A DNA stretch of 64,000 nucleotides from a virus (Duplodnaviria > Heunggongvirae > Uroviricota > Caudoviricetes): IMG/VR virus record IMGVR_UViG_3300028797_000094, positions 38,524 through 102,523 of that record; one strand, 5' to 3'. Below are positions 47,560 to 56,487 of the stretch, in pieces. The first letter of the stretch is position 1, and each line of letters starts with the position of its first letter. The notes under the pieces are model-generated. The model had not been told where the DNA came from and searched no databases. It saw only the letters and a list, made by a program, of their open reading frames with translations. Made by a program: the position numbers and the translations under genes.

Positions 47560-48202
47560 TATTAGAAACAAATGTATTATTTGTGGCAAAGCTGTTAATG
47601 GCTTTGGAATGATTTGTGACGATTGCAAAGACGCAATTGAGTGGGCAAAGAGATGCATGGAGACTTCAAAGAAACAACGCGAAGGTTATCCATTTATAAA
47701 ACTTCATGAAGAAGAAACAGTTGAAGATGAGCCTGAAGAAGGAACTGTTGATGAAAAAGAGCTGACATATGAAGAAGCTTTAGATATTTTATTATCACAT
47801 GTAGATTTTTCGCTAGAAAATATGATGTGTAAAGATGCTCTTAAAGAAGCTATTGAGTGGGCAAAGAAATGTAAAGCAACACCAGAAATTATTGTTGCTG
47901 ATGGAATTGATGAAAATGCTGTTGAAGAATTATTAAGAAAAGAAAGACCATTTACAAAAGCCAGTGAAATTAAATTGGAAGTTCTAAGTTTTGAAGAACA
48001 ATTAGGTTGTCCATTAGAAGTTAGAGAGAAAGCCTTTGATAAAGGTTTTTATGATGAAAGTGGAAATCATTATACCTGTGAACATTATGTTCCTTATTTA
48101 AAAGAAATGCACACAAGGGGAATTATGTCTCATACTTCAAAGTGTTTCAAACTGAAAGATTACAAAAAGACTTGGTGGCTGAAGGCTGATAAGAGTGAAT
48201 AG
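47552..48202 (+). CDS. Hypothetical protein with N-terminal Zn finger
   Basis: CIICG..ICDDC; repeated EWAK(R/K)C. Confidence 0.7.
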   Translation: MNDIRNKCIICGKAVNGFGMICDDCKDAIEWAKRCMETSKKQREGYPFIKLHEEETVEDEPEEGTVDEKELTYEEALDILLSHVDFSLENMMCKDALKEAIEWAKKCKATPEIIVADGIDENAVEELLRKERPFTKASEIKLEVLSFEEQLGCPLEVREKAFDKGFYDESGNHYTCEHYVPYLKEMHTRGIMSHTSKCFKLKDYKKTWWLKADKSE

Positions 48203-48216
48203 ATATAAAAGGAAAG

Positions 48217-48251
48217 AAGAACTTAAGTATAAAGCTTAAGTTCTTTTTTTT
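48217..48251 (+). terminator. Intrinsic terminator
   Basis: AAGAACTTAAG-TATAAAG-CTTAAGTTCTT plus Ts. Confidence 0.8.
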
Positions 48252-48568
48252 ATTTTGCCCTAGTTAATAAATAGATAGATAATAGTCAGTTAAGGAGCAG
48301 TAAAATAAAAAAAGTAAAAGAACAATATCCTTAACAAGCATTTATCTTCCTCCCCAGTTAAAAAATATAGTATGAAAGAATATCTATCTATATATAATAA
48401 ATAGTAGAACTATATATAGACATAGAGAAGAAGATACTATATATAGACCTATATATAAGCGGGGAACTATATATAGACAGGGAACTAATACTATATATAG
48501 TAAAGATGCTTGAGTCTGAGGCAGACTCTGATTAATAGACTTAGACTTTAGTGAGTTAGTAAAAAGAC

Positions 48569-48604
48569 TTTTGGCCTCACTTTTGGCATCGCTTTTAGCC
48601 TCGC
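48569..48604 (+). repeat. Three 12-bp tandem repeats TTTT(G/A)GC(C/A)TC(A/G)C
   Basis: Direct reading. Confidence 0.75.
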
Positions 48605-48800
48605 TTGGCGGGAATGCTGGCAAGTATTGCAAGCATTATTGCAAGCATCTGGCAGATCAGTGATGAGCTTATTAAATTATTAAATTAATAAATTATTAGT
48701 ATGCTATGTATTGCTATCACTGTCGCAGTGATGCTTTGACATATACTATATAGACTTTAGACTATTAAAAACAAGCACTTTTAGAAAAATCAGACAAATA

Positions 48801-48818
48801 TTTGCTAAAATAAGCGAA
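48801..48818 (+). promoter_or_regulatory. Class III-like promoter in non-coding DNA
   Basis: TTTGCTAAAATAAG; no SD-led ORF follows. Confidence 0.45.
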
Positions 48819-49100
48819 GGGCATTGAAAAGTCATCATAGGCTTTAGCCCACGCCTCACTCAGCAATCGCGCTGAGCTTTTTTTCGCCCACGCTTCGCCC
48901 ACGCCTAGCCTCGCCTCACCACTAAAGCCAGAGCGACCAGCCAAGCTTAAGCCTTGCATTGCCCTATTAGCACTATATATAGTATAGCGCGGAAGCTATG
49001 TAGAGCCAGGCCTTGCTTCTGTCTATATATAGGAAGACTCTAACCTGTATACTATATATAGAGCGGAGCGCGAAGACTAGGAAGAGCACAAGCGCAAAGC

Positions 49101-49378
49101 CGAAATTAAAATCATTTCTGAATTAAATATACTTACCCTAATACTTTTATATGGGCAAAATAAAAACGCGACCACGGCCAAATTTCGAGCTTAAAATCGC
49201 GTTTTTTTATTAGACTATTAAATTAATAAGGGAAATCGCCGAAATTGCCAAATTTGCCGCTGGCGTTGGCAAAATTGGCGAAATTGCCAAAATTAGCTTT
49301 TGCGCTTAGGCGAAATTCGGCAGGTTGGCGAAATTGCCGAAATTGCCCAGATTAGCTTTTTGGCTAATTGCCGAAATT
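49101..49378. repeat. Cluster of CGAAATT/AATTTCG motifs
   Basis: 8 copies, many as GGCGAAATTGCC. Confidence 0.8.
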
Positions 49379-49489
49379 TCCTTTTTTACCTTTTTGTCTA
49401 TATATAGTAAAAAGCCGTAGACTACTATATATAGGCTACAGCTTAATACTTGAAAGAGAATTTATATAATGAAAACAAAACATATTTTT

Positions 49490-49641
49490 TAAAACAGAAA
49501 AGGCCAGGAAAATAAAATTGTTAAAAGAATAACCTGGCCTTGAATGTGAGACAACTAATATATATTTGAGAAAGGAGGATTTGTTTTTTGAATATATATA
49601 GTTAAGGAGGTGTAATTTTTTTATTTGTTATTGCCTCACAT
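49490..49641 (-). ncRNA. Candidate ~150-nt sRNA carrying two anti-Shine-Dalgarno motifs
   Basis: Class II promoter on - (49645-57); nested stems; CACCUCCUUA and UCCUCCUUUCUC; terminator hairpin 49500-49541. Confidence 0.55.
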
Positions 49642-49644
49642 ATT

Positions 49645-49657
49645 ATTATACAATAAA
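49645..49657 (-). promoter_or_regulatory. Class II promoter (minus strand)
   Basis: TTTATTGTATAAT. Confidence 0.65.
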
Positions 49658-49784
49658 CTTTTCAAAAATATATTAGGCTTCAAAAAAAATTTATTGTATA
49701 AAGCGTGGCGCTAACGATACATGCACAGTCGACTCTATTACTATATATAGTATAGGGCGGAGGCTCTATCTGCGCTCACATAAT

Positions 49785-49797
49785 ATTATACAATAAA
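49785..49797 (-). promoter_or_regulatory. Class II promoter (minus strand)
   Basis: TTTATTGTATAAT followed by ATTATGTGAG, like the 49645 copy. Confidence 0.6.
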
Positions 49798-49823
49798 AAG
49801 TACGAAATTTGATCAATTTCGTT

Positions 49824-49887
49824 TGAAAGCGTTTTCATTAAATTCTTTAAATTTTCTATTTACAAATTTGGCCAGATGTGATATAAT
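49824..49887 (+). promoter_or_regulatory. Class I sigmaA promoter with cre-like operator
   Basis: TGAAAGCGTTTTCA; TTTACA 49859; TATAAT 49882. Confidence 0.8.
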
Positions 49888-49924
49888 GTATAATGGGGAA
49901 ATATATATTTTTTTATATATATTA

Positions 49925-49988
49925 TGAAAACGCTTTCGTAAATTTCTTTTAGAAAACTATTTACAAACTAAAGAAAATGTGATATAAT
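49925..49988 (+). promoter_or_regulatory. Class I sigmaA promoter with cre-like operator
   Basis: TGAAAACGCTTTCG; TTTACA 49960; TATAAT 49983. Confidence 0.8.
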
Positions 49989-50116
49989 AAATGGGGAGAT
50001 TTTTTTATTTTTTTTTATTAATAAATTATTAAATTATTAAAACCGTAATTTGCTCAATTTCATATACTAAAAAAATTAAAAATAATTCCCGAAATTACCC
50101 TAATTTCATTATAAAA

Positions 50117-50127
50117 TATTGTATAAT
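50117..50127 (+). promoter_or_regulatory. Class II promoter
   Basis: TATTGTATAAT. Confidence 0.6.
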
Positions 50128-50313
50128 AATATGTAAGGGGAAGTTTCCCATACTATATAATTACGTTAGTAATTATATAGTATTAATTATAGCTATAGCT
50201 ATAGACTTTAGCATAGCTTATATATAGACATATGCTTATATTATATGCTATAGGCTTATACTATAGACATATGCATATGTCATATGGCGCGCACACTTAG
50301 AAAGGAAATCAGT

Positions 50314-50562
50314 ATGGCAAATTTTCAGACCGGGAAAGTTTATATTCATAAGCAAAACGAAATTAGACTAATTTCGCCAGAGCAAATTACTGAGTATTTA
50401 GAGCAGGGCTGGAAGCTTGGCAGTAAAGATTCTAAGCGATGTCATATTCACAAAGATGGAGTCTATAAGAATATCTATACTATATTTCTTCCCGACTATT
50501 TAAAAGCTGGCTGGACATATGGAGCCGCTGGCAAACCAAGAAAAAATAAAAATGTAATTTAG
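50314..50562 (+). CDS. Small protein with two YL..GW..G repeats (homing-endonuclease-type DNA-binding repeats)
   Basis: YIHK..YLEQGWKLG and HIHK..YLKAGWTYG; start may be 50284. Confidence 0.55.
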   Translation: MANFQTGKVYIHKQNEIRLISPEQITEYLEQGWKLGSKDSKRCHIHKDGVYKNIYTIFLPDYLKAGWTYGAAGKPRKNKNVI

Positions 50563-50574
50563 GAGATTTCGTTT

Positions 50575-50871
50575 ATGGATAATAATTTACCAAAGACAAT
50601 TATCAAGTGTCCTCACTGTGGCTATGAGTATACTTTAGAAGAACTATTTTTAGCCAGCGATATTTTAGGAAAGCCTCGCGACTTAGTGCGTGATCCTCTT
50701 GGCAAAATTCTTTACTGCGGCTGAGAAGAAGATAGTGAACCAGAATATAAAACTAAATATATCTGTGATCACTGCAACAAAATTTTTAATGCAGAATTAA
50801 AGATCACAGCTGTAGCTACTAAAGAAGATGAGGCAGTAGACTTTACTAATCTAACAACAAGTCTATTCTAA
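50575..50871 (+). CDS. Zn-ribbon protein, 98 aa (code 4)
   Basis: CPHC..CDHC; one TGA; SD AGGAG. Confidence 0.7.
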
Positions 50872-50897
50872 GAAACGAAATTTGGGAGATTTCAGAA

Positions 50898-52592
50898 ATG
50901 ATATATATTACTGAACTAAAGCCACCATTTAAAATGCCAGGGCTTTCCAGCTTCAGATGCGACTTCCAATATAATCCAGTTTTAGTGGAGGCAGTAAAAG
51001 CCGTGCCAGGATCTACTTGGCATCCGACTCAGAAATTCTGAGAGTTTCCTGCATCGAGCTTAGCTGAAGCTTTAGATACACTAACTATGATTAGTGACAT
51101 CGAGCTACGCTTGGCGCCTGATACCGAAACTTCCGCAATTTCGGAACCACCACTTACTGTAGAAGAAATTAGTGAATTTAAATACAAACCGTTTGACCAT
51201 CAGATAGAAGCTATTAACTATGGGCTATGCCGAAAGAACAAGTGGCTACTATTAGACTCCATGGGTATCGGAAAGAGTCTCGAGATGATGTATTTAGCGG
51301 AGACTCTCCACAAGCGTGGGAAGATCGACCACTGTATGATTATTTGCGGCGTAGATTCACTAAGAACAAATTGGAAGAACGAAATTCAGAAGTTTTCAAA
51401 TTTAGACTGTGTAGTATTAGGCGAATACATTACTAGAAATGGAACTATTAGATACAAGACTATTGAAGAAAGAGCCGAGCAGCTAATTAATCCAATTTCA
51501 GAATTCTTCATTATCGTGAATATCTCTACTATCCGTAATGAAAAAATAGTGAAAGCCTTTAAGAAGTCTAAAAATAAGATCGGAATGATCTGCTTTGACG
51601 AAGCCCACCGAGCTACTACTTCAAGTCAACAGGGAAACAACCTACTAAAGCTTGACTCTGAATACAAGGTAGCCGCATCGGGAACTCCAATCGTAAATTC
51701 CCCAATTTCGGCATTTCTAATGTTGAGCTGAACTGATAATGATAATTCCACTATGACTAATTTCGAGAAGACCTTCTGTAATTTCGGAGGTTTCGGTGGT
51801 AAACAAATAGTAGGATATAAAAATTTAGATTTACTAAAAGATGAATTAGATGCATGTAGCATAAGGAGGACTTTTGATATGGTTAGAGGAGACATGCCAA
51901 CTAAAAATGTAGAGTATGAATTAGTGGAGATGTCAGATGATCACCGTAAATTTTATGAGGCGATCAGAGATGGTGTAAAAGAAGAGGCAGATAAGATATC
52001 ACTAAATTCTGCTAACCTTCTAGCTTTAACCACAAGACTTCGTCAAGCTACTGCTGCGCCTTCTGTGCTAACTAGTAATCCAATAGAGTCTAGTAAAGTG
52101 CTTAGAGCTGTAGAGCTTGCCGAGGATCTATTAGAGTCAGGCGAGAAGGTAGTTATCTTTAGTACATTCGTAGAGCCATGTGAGGTACTCGCATCGAAGC
52201 TTGCCAAATACCAACCACTAATCGCAACAGGCGATATCCCAGATCCTGTGGTTGGAGATAATATTACTAAATTCCGAAATTCAGACAATTTCAATTTGTT
52301 GATCGGAACACATGGAAAATTAGGAACAGGATTTAGTATGCCTGAGTGCCACTATAGTATTATTATCGATACTCCATGGACCGATGCAACTCTCCAACAA
52401 TCAATCGACAGAATTTATAGAATAACCAGTGATCAGCCAATCTTTGTTAAAATTCTTTGCTGCATCGGAACTATTGATGATAGAGTTAGAGAAGTTGTAG
52501 AGAATAAACGAGATTTGGCAGATTTCCTTGTAGATGGCAAATTAACGCCTGCCTTTACTGAGATATTCAGAAATATAATTTTCGACCTTTAA
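50898..52592 (+). CDS. SNF2-family helicase/ATPase, 564 aa (code 4)
   Basis: LLDSMGIGKS, DEAH, ASGTP, QSIDRIYRI; 2 TGA join the fragments. Confidence 0.9.
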
Positions 52593-52595
52593 TAA

Positions 52596-52611
52596 TTGCT
52601 AAATTATTTGT
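52596..52611 (+). promoter_or_regulatory. Class III (late-type) promoter variant
   Basis: TTGCTAAATTATTTGT. Confidence 0.6.
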
Positions 52612-52641
52612 AAAAGCCTAGAATTAACAAAGGAGAAAATT

Positions 52642-54822
52642 ATGGTTAATTATGTTTATGAAGTTAGCTGGAATGAATGTGATGAAAAAGATACATTCCC
52701 TACATTCCCAGAAGCCAAAGATTTTATAAATCAAAAAACTGCTACTGGAAATCCTAATTATGTATCTCCATTCATTTACGAAATAGAATTGGTGGAACAA
52801 GAAGACGGAACTTGGCTACCAACTGGAAATGATGAATGTGTATTTAGTTGGGATGATCAAACAGGCAAACCTGATATTCGTCAACCTAAACTATTTGATG
52901 ATAGTGAATATGAAGGCAAGTTAGCAGACCCTGATTTTGAAATCTATGATGTTTTCGATGTAGATAAGGAACCAAAACCTGCTGAACCAGAGGTTGACCC
53001 ATATGGTGGCCGTAATTTGTTCAATTTCGATGAAGCTCTTTCTGCATTAAATGAAGCTGATGAAGCTTTTGGTGAATGTCAATGTTGTCATGAAGAATTT
53101 CCAAAAGAAGAATTAGTGAAAGAAGGTTCTAGATTCGTTTGTAAAGAATGTGCAGGAAATTTAACAGAAGCTTTAAAGATTATCTCTGACATTAGTGAAT
53201 ATAAGCCTTGGTCAGGCGCTGTAGCTACATGAGACAAGATCGAAGCTGCTAATAAAGTAGATGATTTAGAAGCACTACTAGAAGATGCATATCCTGATGG
53301 ATTAACAATGACTGAATTAAATGACATCTTATGGTTCGACCCTGAATGGATTTTAGAATCTTTAGGATTAGCTACAGAAGATGACGATGTAGAAGAATCA
53401 CTAGAAGATACAGTTCCTCAAGATCTTGCTGATGACCGTACACCAAAACAAGGTAACGTGTTTAAGCTAGAACAACCTGTGGATTATAAAGCTGAGATCG
53501 CTAAGGAAAAATTAGTGGATGAAGAGCTACATGAAGATGTAGAATTAACAGAAGCTATTTTTGATGGACATAAAGAAGTTGCTAAAATTTGTGATAGCAA
53601 AGGAAAAGAAGCTACTAAAACTTATGCTGTCTATGATCGTTTAAATAAAAAAGTTCTTGAATATGTAGCAGAATTAGATGATGCTATTAATAAATGTAAA
53701 GGAACTTATGGTGAAAATATTACTGCAATTGTGCTAGTTAAAAATAACACAGAAGCTAATATTGAGTCTAATGTAATTTTAGCTGAATACAGACAAGGTA
53801 AAGAAACTAAAAATAATTTTAAAGCAGCCTTAGCAAAATTAAAAGCTGCTCAAAAAGTTACAAATTCTGGTTCAGTTGAATTAAATTCTGAAGAAGAACC
53901 AAAAGAGGAACCTAAGGAAGAACCAAAAGAAGAACCAAAGGAAGAAGAAAAGCCTGAGGAAGAACCAAAGGAAGAAGAAAAACCTGAAGGAGATGCTGGT
54001 AAAGAACGTTCATTATCTGCTGCTACTGCAAAAGAAGTATATAATGAAATTAAAACTAAACTAGATGCTGAAGGTTTACTTGATAAGGAAAAAACAGATC
54101 CAAAACTTGTTGGTAATATTAAGAGAGGACTTACATTCCTTGGTAAAGCTTTTACAGCTGCTGTTAAGGAAGGAGCTTCTGCAGAAGAATCATTAGAAAC
54201 TCCTGCTGAAAATGTTTTAGTAGAAGATTTAGACCAAGACTTGGCTAAATGAAATGAATATGTTAAATTCTTACAAGAACAGATTGCTTTAGAAGAAAAA
54301 GCTTTAGAAGAAGCTAAGGATAATGAATTAGTGAAGAAAGCTATTCAAAGAAAGATCGATCTTTACAAAGAAGACCTTGAAGAAGCACTTCCAAATTTAG
54401 TAAAAGATAGTGATGCCGAAATTGAAGCAATTTCAGAAGATGAACTTGAAGCTGTTGAAGAAGAATTAGATACAGCTACCAATGAATCTGTTACTGTAGA
54501 AGTTAAACAACCACTAAAAGAATCATTTAATGAAGATGAATTTAAACGTTACATGGCTGCTGCAGAAAAACTTGGAATCAAGACAGGCGCAGACATGATG
54601 AAATTTAGTAAAGAACATGGCGATGTAAAGGATAAAGCTTTACTAGATGCTATGGAAGCTGCTGCTAATGAACTTCATGAAGATGTAGATCCTAAATCTG
54701 AACATGCACCTGTAGAAGAACCAGAAGAAGATGAAGTTGTAAAAGTAATTAATGATTATGCTGATTCTTGAGCTGATCTACCAGGAGAAGGAAAGTTAGA
54801 ACCTGATAAAGAAGAAAAATAA
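52642..54822 (+). CDS. Acidic multidomain late protein, putative internal head polyprotein, 726 aa (code 4)
   Basis: Three track ORFs joined across TGA; L-x-E motifs; Zn finger; KEEP repeats. Confidence 0.7.
53893..53985 (+). repeat. Tandem KEEP/KEEEKPE coding repeats
   Basis: EEEPKEEPKEEPKEEPKEEEKPEEEPKEEEKPE. Confidence 0.85.
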
Positions 54823-54951
54823 TTAAGATATTAACATGGTTAGTATCTAATTAATGCTAAGCAGGTTAACTAAATATTAATCATTTTAATATATATCCAA
54901 CGACAAAAGGATGTCGGAGGAAATTTATAATAACTAATAGGAGAGTTTAAA

Positions 54952-55449
54952 ATGGTTAAAACAAAAGAATTAGAAAAAGAAGTTAAAGAAGAAGTTGTAG
55001 AGGATAACTATGATGTTATCTATAAAAGTAAATTACTAAATAAAGAATTTACTGATCTTGATGAATTAAAGAAAGCGGAATCTGAATACAAATTAGAAGT
55101 CACTAAGAAAGAAGAAGCTAAGCTTGCTAGAAAAGAAGAAGCTGCTGTTGTACAAAAAGCTATTGACAATTATGAAATTGCTAAAGTAAAAGCTAATGAT
55201 GTAATTGCTAATGCTTATAAGGAATACAAGGATAAAGTAGCAGAAGCTGAAAAAGCCTTAGCTGAGATCGAGAAAACTGCTAGTGAAGCTTTGGATAAAT
55301 TCTTAGCTGATCATCCAGAGGGCTTCCACTATACTTACAAATCAGAAGATGGAAAAGTAGTTAGAGAATATAACTATTATAAAAATCGTTATGATGTATT
55401 TGATAACTTCAATCAATTCACAGAGCTATTAAAGAAACTTTGGTTTTAG
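54952..55449 (+). CDS. Coiled-coil hypothetical protein
   Basis: SD AGGAG. Confidence 0.75.
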   Translation: MVKTKELEKEVKEEVVEDNYDVIYKSKLLNKEFTDLDELKKAESEYKLEVTKKEEAKLARKEEAAVVQKAIDNYEIAKVKANDVIANAYKEYKDKVAEAEKALAEIEKTASEALDKFLADHPEGFHYTYKSEDGKVVREYNYYKNRYDVFDNFNQFTELLKKLWF

Positions 55450-55475
55450 TAAATAAATAAAATTTAACTGCTGAA

Positions 55476-55502
55476 AAAGACCGATGTAGAGTCGGTCTTT
55501 TT
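55476..55502 (+). terminator. Intrinsic terminator
   Basis: AAAGACCGA-TGTAGAG-TCGGTCTTT plus Ts. Confidence 0.8.
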
Positions 55503-55515
55503 AATTATACAATTA

Positions 55516-55570
55516 TGAAAGCGTTTTCATAAACTTTTCTATTTACAAATTATAATTTTTGTGATATAAT
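55516..55570 (+). promoter_or_regulatory. Class I sigmaA promoter with cre-like operator
   Basis: TGAAAGCGTTTTCA; TTTACA 55542; TATAAT 55565. Confidence 0.85.
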
Positions 55571-55601
55571 TTATGTGTAAAATAAATTACGGAGGAATAT
55601 T

Positions 55602-55841
55602 ATGGAAAAAGAAAAAGAATTTATTGAACAAATTTTAACTATCAGAGATTATTGGGCAAACATTCATCCTAATAATGGCAAAGAGGCAATTGATGGCTTT
55701 ATTCATTCATTATTAGTTATGTTTGATGGCGATGCTGGTGCAAATGATTTTCATTTTATTGTACTAACAGATGCAGTTGATCAACAAAATATTAATGATC
55801 AATATCCGCTACATGAAGTATTTCATATGATGAATAAATAA
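55602..55841 (+). CDS. Early hypothetical protein
   Basis: SD GGAGG. Confidence 0.75.
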   Translation: MEKEKEFIEQILTIRDYWANIHPNNGKEAIDGFIHSLLVMFDGDAGANDFHFIVLTDAVDQQNINDQYPLHEVFHMMNK

Positions 55842-55896
55842 TGAAAACGTTTTCATTAAAAAAACTATTTACAAATAATTTAAATCGTGATATAAT
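55842..55896 (+). promoter_or_regulatory. Class I sigmaA promoter with cre-like operator
   Basis: TGAAAACGTTTTCA; TTTACA 55868; TATAAT 55891. Confidence 0.85.
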
Positions 55897-55931
55897 ATAA
55901 GTGTAAATTTCAATGAGGAGGATATTATAAA

Positions 55932-56393
55932 ATGAGATTACAACATGAACGTTCTTATTACAATGCAGAAAATGTTTTAGTTAGATTAGAAACTATGATT
56001 GCTGATGGTTGGTCAAAACCAATTAGATCAGTGTATGATGAATTATCAATCTTTGATTGGTGGCCAGAAAAGTTAACAGTATTTCATATGAAACAAATGA
56101 GAACATTTTTAAAGACTGCTATTAAGTTAGGTTATAAAGGTTATGTTTGTTTTAAGGTTGGTGCTTCTGGTTGTGCTAATGGTATGTGGGCTTCTAAAGC
56201 AGAAGGCAAAGTTCAAAATGGCGATATTTATTCACCAGATGGCGAAGCAATTTATCGTTCATTTACACCAGATTATACTTATTATAGTTTCTGTGATAAA
56301 GATGAAAATTGGTATCCAGCACAAGAAGAGTTTGATTCTTTAAAGACAACTAAGATGCTTGAACAAGCATTACAAGCAGCAGGTATAATTTAA
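55932..56393 (+). CDS. Early hypothetical protein
   Basis: SD GAGGAGG; 5 Trp, all TGG. Confidence 0.8.
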   Translation: MRLQHERSYYNAENVLVRLETMIADGWSKPIRSVYDELSIFDWWPEKLTVFHMKQMRTFLKTAIKLGYKGYVCFKVGASGCANGMWASKAEGKVQNGDIYSPDGEAIYRSFTPDYTYYSFCDKDENWYPAQEEFDSLKTTKMLEQALQAAGII

Positions 56394-56458
56394 GGAAAGC
56401 GTTTTCATACGCTTTCTTTAAAAAAACTATTTACAAAATGTTCAAACTGTGATATAAT
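56394..56458 (+). promoter_or_regulatory. Class I sigmaA promoter with cre-like operator
   Basis: GGAAAGCGTTTTCA plus overlapping half-site ACGCTTTC; TTTACA 56430; TATAAT 56453. Confidence 0.8.
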
Positions 56459-56487
56459 ATATATAGAAAATAACTAAGGAGGAACAT

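Larger units (their letters stand above)
48410..49750. repeat. Ten dispersed copies of the palindrome CTATATATAG
   Basis: Copies at 48410, 48437, 48467, 48491, 48973, 49023, 49052, 49398, 49424, 49741. Confidence 0.85.

Noticed and set aside
48384-48959. Minus-strand ORFs 48384-48632 and 48765-48959
   Set aside because: Their peptide repeats (SEAK/SDAK) merely translate DNA repeats; no SD or recognisable motif
48400-49750. CRISPR array
   Set aside because: Repeats are 7-12 bp, irregularly spaced, with no 25-45 bp repeat/spacer periodicity and no cas genes
49700-49780. Suppressor tRNA-Trp(UCA) or other tRNA
   Set aside because: No cloverleaf, T-loop GTTCRA or UCA anticodon arm found here or elsewhere by eye; needs tRNAscan-SE
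54885-54925. Hairpin CGACA-AAAGGA-TGTCG upstream of 54952 as a riboswitch or CsrA site
   Set aside because: Single short stem with no recognisable aptamer; insufficient support
55504-55514. Minus-strand class II promoter AATTGTATAAT
   Set aside because: Imperfect match and runs straight into a symmetric terminator hairpin
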